From positions 11,594,001 to 11,658,000 of the forward strand of contig CP158636.1 of assembly GCA_050273025.1 (NCBI GenBank): DNA of 64,000 nucleotides, in the 5' to 3' direction. A program made the position numbers and the translations under genes. This document shows positions 61,971 to 64,000 of the stretch, piece after piece (position 1 is the first letter of the stretch; the number at the start of each line of letters is the position of its first letter). Below the pieces are notes generated by a model. The model saw only the letters and a program-made list of their open reading frames with translations. It searched no databases and was not told the origin of the DNA. This DNA comes from Cenococcum geophilum (Eukaryota).

Positions 61971-62888
61971 TTAGAGATGGCTACACGGATCATCCTCACC
62001 CGGTATGTATAGACCTTTTTGCTTGACTTCCTCCCACGAGTTTGTCTTAAATACATTCTCAATACACTGGTCAATCTTACTACCATCTTGAGCGTACGGA
62101 GCTTTTCTCCCTCGTCGAGCAACAATCCGTACCTCCCTATTTACTTGTTTTTCGGATATAATCCTAGCTGCCTCCTTGAGCTCATGGCCAGGAATTGCGG
62201 ACCATGGAGTGCATTGCTCTATATCTTCAGTCATTCCAGTCCTTTCGGCTTCTTTGGCCAGGTGCATTGTCACTCTGGCCCCAGAGTACTCTCCGTCGCG
62301 CTTCTGGAGTAGTTCATTCCACCCCGCAGGCTGTGCGACCCTCAAACGTTGATGGTCCATAGAAGAAGTCATGAATTCAGTCGTAGGAGAAACATAGTGC
62401 AACTCTTTCCAACCGTCACTCTCCAGAAGGGACTCAATGTCGTAGTAGGTCCCAATATCACCCCAACCATCGTTTGCCCCTGAGTCATGAAAGCAATCCT
62501 CAACCACAAGGCGATCCAGCTTAAGCCCCGGAAGCAAAGCCAATGCATTACTAAAGTGGTATGTCGTGTAATATCTAATGGTCCCACTGGCGTACAGCGG
62601 GAATGGAAATGCCTTAACATGGATATGGCGGAGCTTGCTGATTATGGTGGAGCCTAGGTTCATCAAAGTATCTAGCATTACTTCTGTGCTGCGAAACTGG
62701 ACCTGTACATTTGCTGCTAGAAAAGGTTGTGCTTCATCCTGGATTTGACGGCACGTGCGAAGAATGGCTGTGCGATTTGATGTTTTTTTGTTATAGCCAA
62801 GTCCGTGACGAATGGTGATTGAGCTAAAAAGGCACTCGTAAATCATCTCACGTAGCTCAGGTGGGAGAGTGAGAAATGTTGGCGCCAT
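61971..62888 (-). CDS. Hypothetical protein with F-box-like N-terminal motif (305 aa)
   Basis: Intronless ORF starting FLTLPPELREMIYECLF followed by AILRTCRQIQDEA, a pattern common in ascomycete F-box-like hypothetical proteins. Confidence 0.75.
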   Translation of the reverse strand: MAPTFLTLPPELREMIYECLFSSITIRHGLGYNKKTSNRTAILRTCRQIQDEAQPFLAANVQVQFRSTEVMLDTLMNLGSTIISKLRHIHVKAFPFPLYASGTIRYYTTYHFSNALALLPGLKLDRLVVEDCFHDSGANDGWGDIGTYYDIESLLESDGWKELHYVSPTTEFMTSSMDHQRLRVAQPAGWNELLQKRDGEYSGARVTMHLAKEAERTGMTEDIEQCTPWSAIPGHELKEAARIISEKQVNREVRIVARRGRKAPYAQDGSKIDQCIENVFKTNSWEEVKQKGLYIPGEDDPCSHL

Positions 62889-63440
62889 TTCGGTAAATGC
62901 TAATTCAGCCGAGGAAGTAGAGTGTTGAGTATCTTCGGCGACGTAACGGCCAATTCACAGTGGCTTCTGACGGAAAATACGTCGAGTGTTTGCAGCCATA
63001 AGCCTTTTTTTCTTGGAGATACCAAATGCACAGGAGAATACTTAAGCTTATCAATAACGGGGCAGCTATCATGATTAGAAAAGAAAAGAAACATCATAAG
63101 TTTGTCAGACGACGTTGAAGGGGTTCAGGTCTCTTGGCATACGCCAGGCTGAAAACCCATGTGGGGGTGAGGGTGAAGATAAAGACTGAAGCACCTCATT
63201 CGCCGTTTGCAGAACCCTAGTTCTTTCATAAAACCAATGATATTTTGTGATTCTGAAGCTGAAATGCCCGAATCTCTATGAATTGAAGAATGCACCCATC
63301 TATCAGCTGGTCGCTACAATTGCGGCTGGGTATCACTGCAAAGAATCTACTGCCCTAAAGTTCCATGCATGCCTTTCCTATTTTCTTGCATTTTTACGGC
63401 TGAGTACGCCTGAAGTTCGTGGTGTTTTATTGTTGCTTTC

Positions 63441-64000
63441 TCAATCCAATTTGTACCTCAATCGACCTCGTTCTCGCTCCTCGAGTTTCTTTCTTTGCCA
63501 TTGCCACTCCACTAGCACTGGCAGAAAGTGCCAGAGATCGAATTCAGGCCACAAGCAATTAAGAAAAACAATAGAGGTGTGCTGATGGCACTGCCAGAGC
63601 ATAAAATCACTCAGTCGTTCGACTCCCGAGGTACGAACCAGTAAGTCTAATGGCGGCGCATCATTAGTGAACATGTTCGACGTCAAAGTCGCGGCAGTTA
63701 TGTTTTCCGGATCCGGATACGTCACTGCGGGTGGAGCTTCACTTTTATCAGACTGGTTCATGAGTGTCGAAGCTGTTGAGGAATGTTCGATATCTGAAGG
63801 GTTGAACTCTTTAGATGATGAAGGAGATGCTGAGCGAGAATCCGGGTTTTGGGAAGGGACGTCCTCGGGAACTGTGCTGAGTTGTTGTGCGCGAATATTA
63901 CGCGTTATATGAGTCTCGGAGAAGGGCCGTTTTAGTGGTGGTGGGTGAGGTTTGCTGTATGCTATAACAGTGTTCCTAACCGCCGTGGTAATCTCGTCCC
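63441..64000 (-). CDS. RER2: cis-prenyltransferase (dehydrodolichyl diphosphate synthase), 3' portion; 5' end lies beyond the window
   Basis: Open frame from the window edge: DEITTAVR..RPFSETHI..PPLDLLVRTSGVERLSDFMLWQ..LWPEFDLW, the cis-prenyltransferase region IV/V motifs. Confidence 0.92.
   Translation of the reverse strand, partial: DEITTAVRNTVIAYSKPHPPPLKRPFSETHITRNIRAQQLSTVPEDVPSQNPDSRSASPSSSKEFNPSDIEHSSTASTLMNQSDKSEAPPAVTYPDPENITAATLTSNMFTNDAPPLDLLVRTSGVERLSDFMLWQCHQHTSIVFLNCLWPEFDLWHFLPVLVEWQWQRKKLEERERGRLRYKLD

Overview
Fungal nuclear DNA from a filamentous ascomycete (Pezizomycotina; short GT-AG introns with CTRAY branch points). Gene models were spliced by hand. Most genes are housekeeping or meiotic: dynactin p27, a Ser-rich hypothetical protein, HOP1, CDC4, ETP1/BRAP2, a YTH-domain protein, a GBD-only formin-like protein, GPI18, RPL8, an OCD/mu-crystallin-like gene, PSF3, BLM10, a GPI-type S10 carboxypeptidase, an F-box-like hypothetical and the 3' part of a cis-prenyltransferase (RER2). 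The standout is a compact three-gene block at about 38.9-46.8 kb. It has a patatin-like phospholipase with a C-terminal C2H2 finger and a catalytically plausible Ser/Thr kinase. Head-to-head with the kinase is a HeLo-domain + pseudokinase protein whose degenerate motifs (HKG for HRD, GLE for DFG) parallel MLKL. This suggests a possible kinase/HeLo-pseudokinase/lipase regulated-cell-death or immunity module (inference). Also present: a GT25 pseudogene with three TAA stops, frameshifts and a 128-bp inverted-repeat insertion; a degenerate MITE-like element; a candidate intronic box C/D snoRNA in RPL8; and a highly self-complementary 260-bp segment at the left edge of the three-gene block.
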